Positions 39,176 to 50,335 of a DNA stretch of 64,000 nucleotides are shown one piece after another; the stretch's first letter is position 1; every line of letters begins with the position of its first letter. Below the pieces are notes generated by a model. It saw nothing but the letters and a program-made list of their open reading frames with translations, was not told the DNA's origin and did not search any database. The translations under genes were made by a program, and so were the position numbers. The stretch is from Octopus sinensis (lineage: Eukaryota), in the NCBI RefSeq assembly GCF_006345805.1, contig NC_043003.1, forward strand, positions 47,616,001-47,680,000. Reading direction: 5' to 3'.

Positions 39176-39178
<3 letters not shown>

Positions 39179-40050
39179 TATTTACATTTGACGGATATTT
39201 GTCCTCATCTTGTTTGTTGTTAACACATTGTTTCGGCTGATATACCCTCCAGCCTTCATCAGGTGTCTTGGGAAATTTTCGAACCTGGGTTCTCATTCCT
39301 AAGGTACTTTTCGATGTTGTTATTATTCAGGTCACTTGAAATCTTGGGGTTAGTAGCCTGCACTCTTAACCACTATGCCATATGCCTATGAGCAATTATG
39401 GAGTGAATTTTAGGACTTATAAATCTAATATTTTCTTATCCTTCCTTAATACTGGTTCCTATATGCTACTCATATCTGCACTCAGTCTGCTTAGGAGGTT
39501 GTTGTGTCCTAGCATATATGCTGCTTCTTTTAGTTTTCGTATTTTCCAGTGGTGTTCTCTGTCTATTATTTTAACTTCATCCCACAGGGAGAAGTGGTCT
39601 CCATTTTTCCATACATGATCAGCTATACCTGATTTATCAATATCTCCTCGTGTCACAGCTTTGCGATGTTCGTCTACACTTATTTTGAGGGGGCGCCATG
39701 TTTCGCCTTTGTATAACCTACCACAGCTGCATGGGATGGAGTACACTCAGTCTTTGGGCATATTCACTTCTAATGGTGGTTTTAATCGGAGGAAATATTT
39801 GCAAAGTGTTTTATTACTCTTGAATACTGTCCTGATGTTATATGGGCCGCATATCTTTTGTATCTTTTCAGAGAGGCCTTTCACATAGGGTAGACAGACT
39901 GTGGACAGTTTATTGGTTTCATCCTCTCTTTTCTTCCTAATTGGAATGGATAGTATGTTTTGGGGGTAGTTGTTGCTTAAAAGATTGTTACTGAGTTTGA
40001 TAATTTCTTCATGTTCTGTGTCACAATCACTACTTATATTCTTTGCTCAA
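39176..40050 (-). mobile_element. Penelope-like element (PLE) 3' portion: RT-EN linker, GIY-YIG endonuclease and terminal repeat
   Basis: Minus-strand translation ...LPYVKGLSEKI...TVFKS..., then VYSIPCSCGRLYKGETWRPLKISVDEHRK...SGIADHVW...RKLKEA (39459-39746), the PLE GIY-YIG signature. Confidence 0.9.
39222..39267 (-). ncRNA. Type I hammerhead ribozyme motif (PLE-associated), degenerate at the cleavage site
   Basis: Minus strand GACAC-CUGAUGA-A-GGCUG-GAGGGUAUAU-CAGCC-GAAAC-AAU-GUGUU, giving stem I GACAC/GUGUU, stem II GGCUG/CAGCC and intact CUGAUGA and GAAA core boxes. Confidence 0.75.
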
Positions 40051-40240
40051 CTTCAACTTTAATCCTTTTTTCTCTCCAACACTATTAACTGTTCACCAAT
40101 ACGTCATGCTGTTCCTCAAAAAAGGGAGACAAAAAAAATCGTCAAATTTAGCCTAAACACACTGTGTATTGTCCCCACCGTTATCTGGTCTCATTATCTC
40201 CCTTCATTGTTACCTGTCATGCAACTATATTGTCAGTGTA

Positions 40241-40471
40241 GGCAGCGAGCTGGCAGAATCGTTAGCACGCCGGGTGAATTGCGTAGCCGTATTTCGTCTG
40301 CTGCTACGTTCTGGGTTCAAATTCCGCCGAGGTCGACTTTGCCTTTCATCCTTTCGGGGTCGATAAATTAAGTACCAGTTACGCACTGGGGTCGATATAT
40401 TCGACTTAATCCGTTTGTCTGTCCTTGTTTGTCCCCTCTGTGTTTAGCCCCTTGTGGGTAGTAAAGAAATA
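40241..40471 (+). mobile_element. Young full-length family A SINE with 15-16 bp target site duplication
   Basis: TATATTGTCAGTGTA at 40226-40240 and 40472-40486; CpGs retained; B-box-like GGTTCAAATTC. Further copies at about 27174, 55355(-), 58760, 59732, 59973 and 63500(-). Confidence 0.92.
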
Positions 40472-41218
40472 TATATTGTCAGTGTAGAAGTGAAATGGCT
40501 GAGTGGATATGCCATTGCTCTACTAACTCAGTAGTCTCAGTGATCTTTGGTTCAGATCTATTGCAGGCATTGATGTTATTGTTTTTGCCCAGGCTGTCTC
40601 TGATCTAACAGATCTATCATTAAAGGTGTTCTACCCATGACCGACATAGGTTTTCATTTTTTTTTCATTTCCTGTAGCTATAATGTATACAGTGTGTCTT
40701 CGTCATATTTTTCATCATGTCCTTTCTTTTTTAAGGTGGCAAGGTGTGGTTTTTGGGGAAATTCACATGCTGTCTCTAGTATCTCAAATGACCATGTAAG
40801 CACTTGATAAGACACTAGGATGGAACACTTAATTCTGTATTGTCACAATTAATCTGTTTAAAATTGATAAAAAAATTTTACCTTTTAGTTTATTATGATA
40901 TATCACCATTGTCATTATCATGGTTATGTCTGCATTTTCCATCTTAGCATGGGTTGGATGAGATTTATTGAGGCATGTTTTTGTTGAATATTGGAAATAA
41001 ATTAAATTCATTTACAACAATTACATAATATGAAGATAAGGAGATACAAACATACATACACTCATGCTCTCACATACATACAATGGTGTTATAGTAGAAC
41101 ACATTTGCCGAAAGTGCCACACAGTGGGATTGAACCTAAAAAGATTAGGTTGGCAAGCAAACTTCTTAACCATACTGCCATGCCTGCACCCATGTGTATA
41201 TGTATATACATATGTGTT

Positions 41219-41251
<33 letters not shown>

Positions 41252-41264
41252 TGTTTTTCTACAG

Positions 41265-41390
41265 AACTGTCCAAACTATTACTGGAGAATGGTGCTGACA
41301 TCAATGCAGTTGATGGTAATGGTGACACGGTGCTACATGCTGCAGCTTATGGCAACAGTTTTGATTTGGTGAAGCTTTTCATTGAATTAG
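41265..41390 (+). CDS. ASB-like exon 6
   Basis: ttttctacag acceptor and TAG|gtaagt donor, phase 1-1. Peptide ELSKLLLENGADINAVDGNGDTVLHAAAYGNSFDLVKLFIEL. Confidence 0.95.
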
Positions 41391-41801
41391 GTAAGTCTTA
41401 TCATTTTACCCTCTCCTTACACATCATACTACTTCTGTCAATTCATTATCTCTCTTTACACACATCTCTAACTGTAAGGCAGCCAAGATAAATTCCCTGA
41501 AGAAGAAAAGAACCCACCATAGAGCAGAGTCTAATCTAGCCAACAAATGAGTGAGATTACTATTGCAATGTCTGCAGCCAGATCAGAAAATCCCATTTAG
41601 TTCTGAATTTCCACATGAGACAACACAGCAAACCATCAAATTAAGAACACTGCAGCTGTGTCCTGCTGAACTCTCATTTGTCAAAATGATGAAAGAGTAT
41701 ATTCAGTCAATGTATAAATGTCCTAGAGCTATCACACTGCCTTGTCCTTGTTATGTCATTTTATTTACATATATATATAATGTGTGTATGTATATATATA
41801 C

Positions 41802-41971
41802 TTTTTTTTATTAAAGTTGTGAAAACATCACAAAAACTGTCCCTCAGAGTTTCATATTTCTGTTGTGATCACAATTTTATTCCAGTCTTGATCATAACTG
41901 TCCAATGAACAGAAATGTGAAACTCTGAGTAACAGTTTTTTGTGATGTTTTTGCAGCTTTAATAAAAAAAA
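41802..41971. repeat. Imperfect fold-back with arms of about 63 bp, containing a hammerhead-like motif
   Basis: ttattaaagttgtgaaaacatcacaaaaactgt..ctcagagtttcatatttctgtt pairs with aacagaaatgtgaaactctgag..acagttttttgtgatgtttttgcagctttaataa. Confidence 0.85.
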
Positions 41972-43085
41972 TGCATATTACTCTACCTTTGGTATTCAAG
42001 TACTATTTTTCCCACCTTGTTCTGCATTTATGTGCTTACTCATGTGTGTGTGTGTGTGTGTGTGTGTATACACACACGCACACACACACATATATATATA
42101 ATGGATAAGAATACATCAAAATAGCATATAATAGATACAGGCAATTAGTGCTGAGACTGGATCAGATGCCTAAAATCCAATGTCTACAGGTAACGTACCA
42201 CTTGAGCTAATGAAAATATAATAAAATAAAAGATGGACAAGTGGTTGTTAAATGCTTGTCCACTATTAGTAGTGCTTGGGAGGGATTGAGCCAAGAATAC
42301 GACATGCATAAGATTATGTCAAAAAGGTGTATAACAGATATAGACAATTAGTGCTCAGACTGGATGAAATATCTAAAATTCAACATTGAGCTTTAGGTAT
42401 CTGGTCTGATCTGAGCACTAATTTATATAGCTCTCAGAAATAGGTACTAGATTTCTGGTAACGTTAGCTGTTATAGTTTGATACATTATTTCAGCTGTAG
42501 ATTTGCCTTCCATTTATATAACACCATAATACCACAGCTAAGGTGCATTCTTTAAGATTCCCTTAGGGATTAAGGTGGCATAATTCTTACTTTCATGTGA
42601 GATTATTTGATCTTGTCATTCCTTTGACCAAAGTATGTGCTGATATCCAGTTTGTCTAGTGCTCTGCCATTGATGTATTTTTTACTCCATTGGTAGTAAT
42701 ACTGGTAGTAGTAGTAATGGTTGATTTCATGGGAGTATTAGTACTGTTGTTTAGCCCCCTTAACAGTGTCAATCTCTGTGATTCACAAAGATCTTGAGAA
42801 AGCAATTCTCTACCATTGATTTATCTGCTCTGCTGGTGTCAAGTAAGTGGAGCTTGAGATATCTTAAGTTGTTACTTCTGTTTTGCTCCAGTGAGCCCAC
42901 AACAAACAACCCAATGTTCAAAGGCTTTTTAAGCCATGACCACCCTCTATTTTCTTATGCATTGTGTACCCTGGACCGTTCTAACTCATAAATTGTATAA
43001 GATGAGTGTGATTTGAGAGAGAGATTTAGCTGTTATTTCTAGTAGGTCATGCAATATATGTTATGTTTATCTAATTTTTTTGAAG

Positions 43086-43159
43086 GTTGTGATATTAACA
43101 AACAGAATGATAAAGGAGAAACAGTTCTGTGGCCAACAATTTCTTCATCAAATTTTCAG
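43086..43159 (+). CDS. ASB-like exon 7
   Basis: ctaat branch-like motif with ttttttgaag acceptor; CAG|gtaagc donor, phase 1-0. Peptide GCDINKQNDKGETVLWPTISSSNFQ. Confidence 0.9.
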
Positions 43160-43561
43160 GTAAGCTTTATTTTTTTACAGTGCTTTTATTCTTTTTGTCT
43201 TTTACCATATCAATTTATTTATTTAAATAACTGGGAATAACTATTTATGTTGCTGCCATTGTTTAGCTCTAGCTCAACTCTAACTGAGCTGATTGAAAGT
43301 ATTCTATTCATCACCATTCTGCTGCTTTTTTTAAGTTGGTAGGATGTGATCTAAGGGAAATTTGTCTGCTATTTCTAGTGGATCTAGTGTTCACATAGGG
43401 ACTTTCTCATTGGCTTGGATAATTTTATTTTACAAGCTGGTGAAATGTATCCATATATTTATTTCACAGCTGGTGAACTATGACTTTTCTTGTTAATGAA
43501 ACTGCTGTTATGCTTTCATGTGCTTGTTACATGTCAGTGTGTGTTTGTTTGTGCATATATA

Positions 43562-43598
<37 letters not shown>

Positions 43599-45127
43599 AG
43601 CCTCTGAATGAGCTTTCTCATTTGTGTTAGGTTGGAAATCCTTGGAATTGCCAATCTCTGCAAATAGAGTCCCTTACTCTAGATTAGCGTAAAAGAAATT
43701 AAGGTCCAACTTCTGGGTTGCATTTTAGGTAACCCTGTCTGTATGCATTCCATTTCACATTGGCTATATCCTTTGTTAAGTCTCTTTTGTATGAGCACTG
43801 AGCAAGGGTTGTTTATCTGCAGTTTTGTAATCCTGATTGTTGCGATGTAGTCCTTTTAGGCAAGAACAAGAATTGTTTGCAAACAACAGAAATAGTAGTT
43901 TTGTTGCCTTTATTGTGTGGTGCAGGTCTCACAATCATACAGGAGCACATTGAAAATATCTGTTATGGTTGCATAAGCTTTGATTTTAATGTTGGTAGAC
44001 TGATTTTATTTGTTCTACACGAAAACATGGGACAAAATATTTTAAGGCTATTCTCAAGATGCTGAGCTTTATGAAGGAAATGACTAAGAACTGAGATATC
44101 TGGTGCATTGCTGTACTCATGAAGACCCATCTGTCACAACAGAACTGATATCAGTGCTAGTGCCATATAAAAAGTACTGGTGCTGTGCCACTTAAAAAGC
44201 ACCTAGTACACTCTGTGAGGTGGTTGGCATTAAGAAGAGTATTTAGCCATAGAAACTATGCCAGAGCAGACAATGGAACTTGGTGTGTCCCCTGGTCTTA
44301 TCAGCTCTGGTGAAACCGTCCAACCCATGCCAGCATGGAAAATGGATGTTAAATGATGGTGATGGCAGTGGCAGTGAGGATGATTGTGTAGCTTTCTGAA
44401 AGTTGTGATTACATTGTATATGCATGAACTCATCCTGCATCAAGTAACCCTGTTTTCCTGATGCTGGCTGCAAGATTATTGGTATGAATTCTGCAGCTGC
44501 ATTACCTGTGTATGAATCCATCCCTGCAACTAGAAACCCTACTTTTCTGTGGCTTGCTACAAGACTATTGAAAGCAATCCACAACAGATGTCTTGCTGTG
44601 TGATGCCAAGTAAAATGTGCATAGTGAGTCTTATTCCAGTTTATACATATTGTCAGACTTCAGTTGATTGCCATTGGATGGAAGTCATTTAGAATGCATG
44701 AAGAATACATGTTCAGGCCACACTATTGTACATTACTACTGTTATAGGGATGAGAGGAATAATGGTACACCCTTCCCATATGACAAGTTGTATGAGATAG
44801 TCACTATAAGTAGGAGAGTATGAGACAGTATGATGGAATACATAGTAGGTGATGAGAGATAATCGTGTCTTTACTGGTTTTACTAAGTATACTGTATACT
44901 GAAGTGAGCATTATAACAACCTGACATTTTAAGGATTGTAGTAGTGTCAACGAAGATTTAAATAATTCACAAGGAATTAATAAACGCAATGAGGATTTAA
45001 ACAACTCACAAAGAATTAATAAACTCGATGAAGACAAACCAATTCACGTGGAGTTAATAGAAACTCTAAGATGAGTTAATGAACTCAAAAAGTTGGTGTA
45101 CAAATTTTATGAAAAATTGTAAAAGTA

Positions 45128-46470
45128 TGGAAAATTTATTGGCAGGTTTGCTCAAGTTACAAAAACAGCAACAACAACAACAGCAGATACAACTGCAAGA
45201 GCAACAACAGAAGCAACAACAACAACAAATGCTACAATTATTGAAGTTGTCAGTAAAGTCAGAAAAGTGTTCTTGACAAACTGTGTCACGAACACCATAA
45301 CAGAGTTCAAATACAAACCTGACGAAGGAGTTACCTTTGAAGCATACTACAGAAGATATGAGTAAATTTTCAAGAAAGAATGTAAAGATTGGGACGACAA
45401 AATGAAAACATGCTTAATTTTAAGAAAACTGGCAGCAGCAGAACATGAGCGTTACAGCAATTATGCACTCCTAAGAAAACCTTTGGACATAAACTTTAAA
45501 GACACAATAGATATATTGTGTAAAATTTTCAGTGAAAAAAGCTCATTGTTCAACACTCATTGGAAGTGTTTGAACCTAGAGAAAAATAATGAGGACTACA
45601 TCACATGTTTGTAGAGTAAACAGGGTATGTGAAAAGTTTAAGCTGGATGAATTAATGCCAGATATGTTCAAATACCTGATTTTTACACAGCGACTTACTC
45701 CCAAAAAGGATGCAGAAGTTAGAACTAGAATTCTAGGAAGTAACCCTACTGCAAGTTTCAGAAGAATGTGAAAGGATAGTCAAATTAAGACACAACACAG
45801 AGGAAATTGAATGGAAAGATTGTTTCCAAGTAAAACAAGTACAAAGTAGAGATAAAGTACGAATAGAGATAAAGTATTTTCTAAAAAAACATGACAAAAA
45901 TCAGGAAATAAACTCATGTTTTGCATGTGCAGGTATATACCTGAGGAAGAATTGTCCATTTAAAAAAGCGGAGTGATTTTTGTAGTGAAAATATAGAACA
46001 TACAAAGGCGCACTGTAGACTGAAGATGACAAAACGTGAGAATAAAGGAAAACAAATAAATGGTATGTCATCTAAAGAAATTAATAATATAATGATGAGA
46101 AAATTTGTGATGGTGAAAATCAGAAATAGAAGTGTTAAATGCAATTGGACACTGGTAGTGATATTACCATTATAAACGAAAAAACTTGGAAATATGTCAG
46201 TAAGCCGAAATTAATTAATTCTAGAAAGGTGGCACATGGTGTTACGGGAAAAAAGATTATATTTTTTCGGTGAATTCATATGTAGTGTAACATTTTGAAG
46301 TCAAATGAAAAAGGCAAAGATATATGTGTTAAAAAGTTCACTTTATTTGGCACAGAGTGGATGGAACTATTCAAAGTATGGAATATGCCCATAAGTCTTT
46401 TGTGTGAAAATATAGTTGGTTCAGTCAAAGGTTCGAAGGCGGCTAAGGGACTGAAACAAAAAATTGCAGT
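45128..46470 (+). mobile_element. Ty3/Gypsy (Mag-like) LTR retrotransposon gag-protease relic
   Basis: Q-rich N-terminus, then EFKYKPDEGVTFEAYYRRYE, LRKL...HERYSNY, SLFNTHWKCL and CEKFKL; decayed zinc knuckle (CFAC...CPF); protease motif QLDTGSDIT at 46142. Multiple stops and frameshifts. Confidence 0.88.
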
Positions 46471-47469
46471 AAAACAGAGTGGAAATAGATGTCAGATTCT
46501 CTCGCATCACTCTTTATTCTCTTAAAAAATGCTTTTCATCATAAATCTGCTCAGTTAAGACTAGCCTGGGATTTAACAAAATCACACCGATTACCATCAC
46601 CTCTACCACAGTCACTGTTTTTATGCTAATATCATTTCTGTGAAGAAAATTCCACCATACAAACATGTGGTTTCCTGACTGGCCTCTGATAAAATATGTA
46701 GTTTATCATCTGTAATAGACTCTGGACTATGAGTGCAATAAATAGATTATTAATTGTTGTGACTATTCAGATGATAATGTCATCAGGCTTCATATCATGT
46801 AAGCCATTCATAACCCTAATCTTCATTTTAAAATAATCACAATTTAATTGTATTTATATCTATTTTCTTTTTTGGGTTTATATTTCATTTTCTGGTTAAT
46901 TTGACATTAATTGGTGTATGATTTGATCTGATGTCATGTTTGCAGAGATTTAAACAATGGCCTGGAAGTAGCAGTTGTTATAATCATTTAAAAACCACTT
47001 GGAGGCTTGAGCCAATGAGAGATACTAAAAAGTTTCATGATTTGCTAGAAATAAAAGTCACTTCTCATTTTAATCACACCTTACGGTTTAAAAAAATGAA
47101 GAAAGAACACATTAGACAATATAATCTTAGAAAAATACAGGAAGGTGACAGCTAAAATCATCTTTAACATAGGTCTACTTGGTTAAGGCTAAAAGTTTGA
47201 TTGTTAAATTCCCGTATTCTTTTTACTTTGTAATAATGAGATACAATGAAGTGTATGTGGCCATGTGACAGATATACAGCAAAAAATATTTTAATTTGTA
47301 ATAGTAGTACATGATAATAACAGAAAACAATGACAAAATAACATTGAATGAAATTATTGTTTTATGGTTAAGAAGAAGAGCCTATGATCTTTGCTATTCT
47401 TTAGTGAAATTGATCTCGTTCATATTTAGCTTCAACATCTGTAATTTGATGTCTGCAAGAAAGAATTCC

Positions 47470-47810
47470 ATAGTGTTGACATCTGAGTGCAAATGAATTG
47501 GACATAGTGTGGATACTGGAAGGGTGAGACTGAGTTTAGGTGATGATAAGAGAGATGTAGGATTGGGTTAGGTGGTATTGACCTATCTAGTTCAGAGTTA
47601 AAGCATATGTTGTAGTAATAATAGAATTAGCAGAGAAGAGCAACAGCATGTCTGTCAGCCAGAAATTGTTGTTTGTTGGTGAGTGAGTCTTTGATAATAA
47701 GCTAAATGGCCTCCTTTTCGATGTAGCCTAGAATGTTTGTGTGCATATCAGCACAGATGTAGGAGCAGTACTCCATTGTGGGTCATAACTGAGTTTTGTA
47801 GATTTATCAA
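47470..47810 (-). mobile_element. Old CR1/Jockey-type LINE C-terminal remnant
   Basis: Minus-strand YKTQL*PTMEYCSYI resembles the post-RT YKxxVRPxxEY motif. Confidence 0.45.
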
Positions 47811-47873
47811 TCAATTAGAACTGGTCTTGTAAGAAAAAAGACTTCACAATACAGTTATAGTTACATTATGTAT

Positions 47874-47931
<58 letters not shown>
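47874..47931. repeat. (CT)n microsatellite; other (CT)n and (TA)n runs at 67-105, 281-334, 742-780 and many more
   Basis: Read directly from the sequence. Confidence 0.98.
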
Positions 47932-47933
<2 letters not shown>

Positions 47934-48078
47934 GTGTGGCTGTGTTGTAAGAAGTGTGCTTCCTAACCACATAATTCTAGGTTCAGTCCCACTCTGTGAC
48001 ACTTTGGCAAGTGTCTTCTATTATAGCCGTGTGAATGGATTTCGTAGATGGAAACTGAAAGAAGCCCATCACACACAC

Positions 48079-48139
<61 letters not shown>

Positions 48140-48559
48140 CCTTGTGCCTGTGTTTTCCACAACAACATCACAACTGACGTTAGTGTGCTTACATCCCTCA
48201 TAACTTAGTGTTTCAGCAAACGAGACTGATAGAATAAGTACTAGGCTTAACAAAGATAAGTACTGTGGTCAATTCGTTTGGCTAAAACTTCTTCATAGAA
48301 TAAGTACCAAGCTTTGAAAAATTAAATTACTGGGGTCAATTCATTCAACTAAAAATCCTTCTAGGCGGTGCTCCAGCATGGCCACAATCTAATAACTGAA
48401 ACAAGTAAGAAAAATAAGAGATGTTGGATCATCAGGGATTGTGAGGCTTAGCATTTATAGTAACTGTGAGAGTTTTGGTGGTGAGATATGAGGTATAAAC
48501 TGTGATTGTCTCTTTGTACTGATGACTACCATACTTACTGGAGTTTGATTGTATTCTAG

Positions 48560-48686
48560 ATAACAGAATATCTTGTGAAGCACGGAGCTGACATAAACTT
48601 GCAGGAAAAGACAGAAAAGATGACACCACTTCATATTGCTATTGCTGCACATAATATTAAAGCTGTTCGTTTCTTCATTGAATCAG
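48560..48686 (+). CDS. ASB-like exon 8
   Basis: tattctag acceptor and CAG|gtacca donor, phase 0-1. Peptide ITEYLVKHGADINLQEKTEKMTPLHIAIAAHNIKAVRFFIES. Confidence 0.92.
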
Positions 48687-50298
48687 GTACCAGACATTCT
48701 CTCTCTTTCTCTCTTACATGTTATTTTCAGTTGTTTCCTCTCTATTTTTTGTTCTTGTCTGCTACCTATAAAACTCTTCATGTACTAGATTACCTGTGGC
48801 ACCATTTGTGTATGAACTAACATGGTAGCCTCTTTGTGATTGTTCAACTTGCTAGAAATAGCAATGAAATCTTGCTCAAATTACATCCTACCATCTTTAT
48901 AAGATGGAAGCTTACATTAAAAAGAGTAGCCCAGATTACTCTAAGCCTAGAAAAAATATATATGAAATGGTCAGAGCTGGAATACTTTTTGATTGTTAGA
49001 CTGCTCAAATCATAGCTGATTTGGAGTTATTTGTGTAGAAAATAGATGGCTAAGTGGTTAAAGTATTGTACTATCTTCTTGTTATGAGTTCAAATCCACT
49101 GCAAGTAGTTCCTTGTGATTTTGTGAAAAACACCCCTGAATGTGTTTGTTTACCTAAGCTGTGAGGAATAAGTACCAGATCATTTGGAAATGTCACCTGG
49201 TGTTCTGTCTAGTGATTAAGGTGGATGGATGGCTTATCACTGAACAACCTCTTTATGCCTTTCTTCCACCTGCTCATCCCAACTCCTTCCTCAGTGCTCA
49301 ACCAGAAACATTTGACAGTTTACTGTGAACGTTAGCTATGTTAACCTTATTAGCTTCTAAAAAATTAAGATAGTAGTTGTAAATAGCTACCTTCTCAATC
49401 ACCACAAAACAACAAAAGAGCCACTACTCGGCTGTTTCAGATACTAGAAATAGCAAGGAAATCTCTCTCAAATTTCTTACTATTTAAAAAGATGAACTCA
49501 TTAAATCCTAAATACACTAATGTCTGACAAAAAAAAAAAAAAAGAAGAAGAAGATGGATAGTTACAACTAGAATGTCTGCTTTATCAAGACTGAGCTGGA
49601 ATGATAAGAACAGACGTGACTTGACTTCCATGCACATGTTTTTTGTTATTTACCAGTGAGCTGTTCATTGAGGGCTTTCACTTATGATAAGTGTTACGTC
49701 ACTTAATAGAACAATCACTAATAATTTGGCCATTGAATATGCTTTTATATGGTTGTAAAACATGCTGAAAATAACATCTATATAAATGACACTTTACCTT
49801 CTTTAAGAAATAAAAGGACATATTAGATAATTTAGTCTGATGTAAACTATATCTGAAAACATTAGATGGTCGTGGCTAAATTGCTAAATCATAGCTCAGC
49901 ATGACCAAGGACAACCTGGGTACAAACAAGGTGCCCTGTATCTCTTTATTATTGTTGAAGATGGCTACTATTCCATTACATGATGCTTCATCAGATAGCA
50001 AAAGCACAGAAAAAAATGTTGAAAAGATGATATGCCATCTAAGAAATGCTTTTCCAGTGTGTAATTTCAAATAATAATAGTGAAATACCCAACTTTGACA
50101 TTGATATATATATATATATATATATATGGGGTGCTGAAAAGTCCCTGGCTTTAAGGGTATCACAATAGGCATAACGTTTTGAGTTCTTTTATAGGGCTTA
50201 GAAAAACTGAAGGACTGCTGCAATAAGTGTGTGAATTGGAGAGGATAATATGTTGAATAAAATGATAATTAACGGATCCTCCAGTATTTTCTTTTGCC

Positions 50299-50331
<33 letters not shown>

Positions 50332-50335
<4 letters not shown>

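Noticed and set aside
45079-45276. Poly-Q ORF as a host gene exon
   Set aside because: It is the N-terminus of the decayed Gypsy gag and does not fit the ASB exon chain, where exon 7 joins exon 8 seamlessly.
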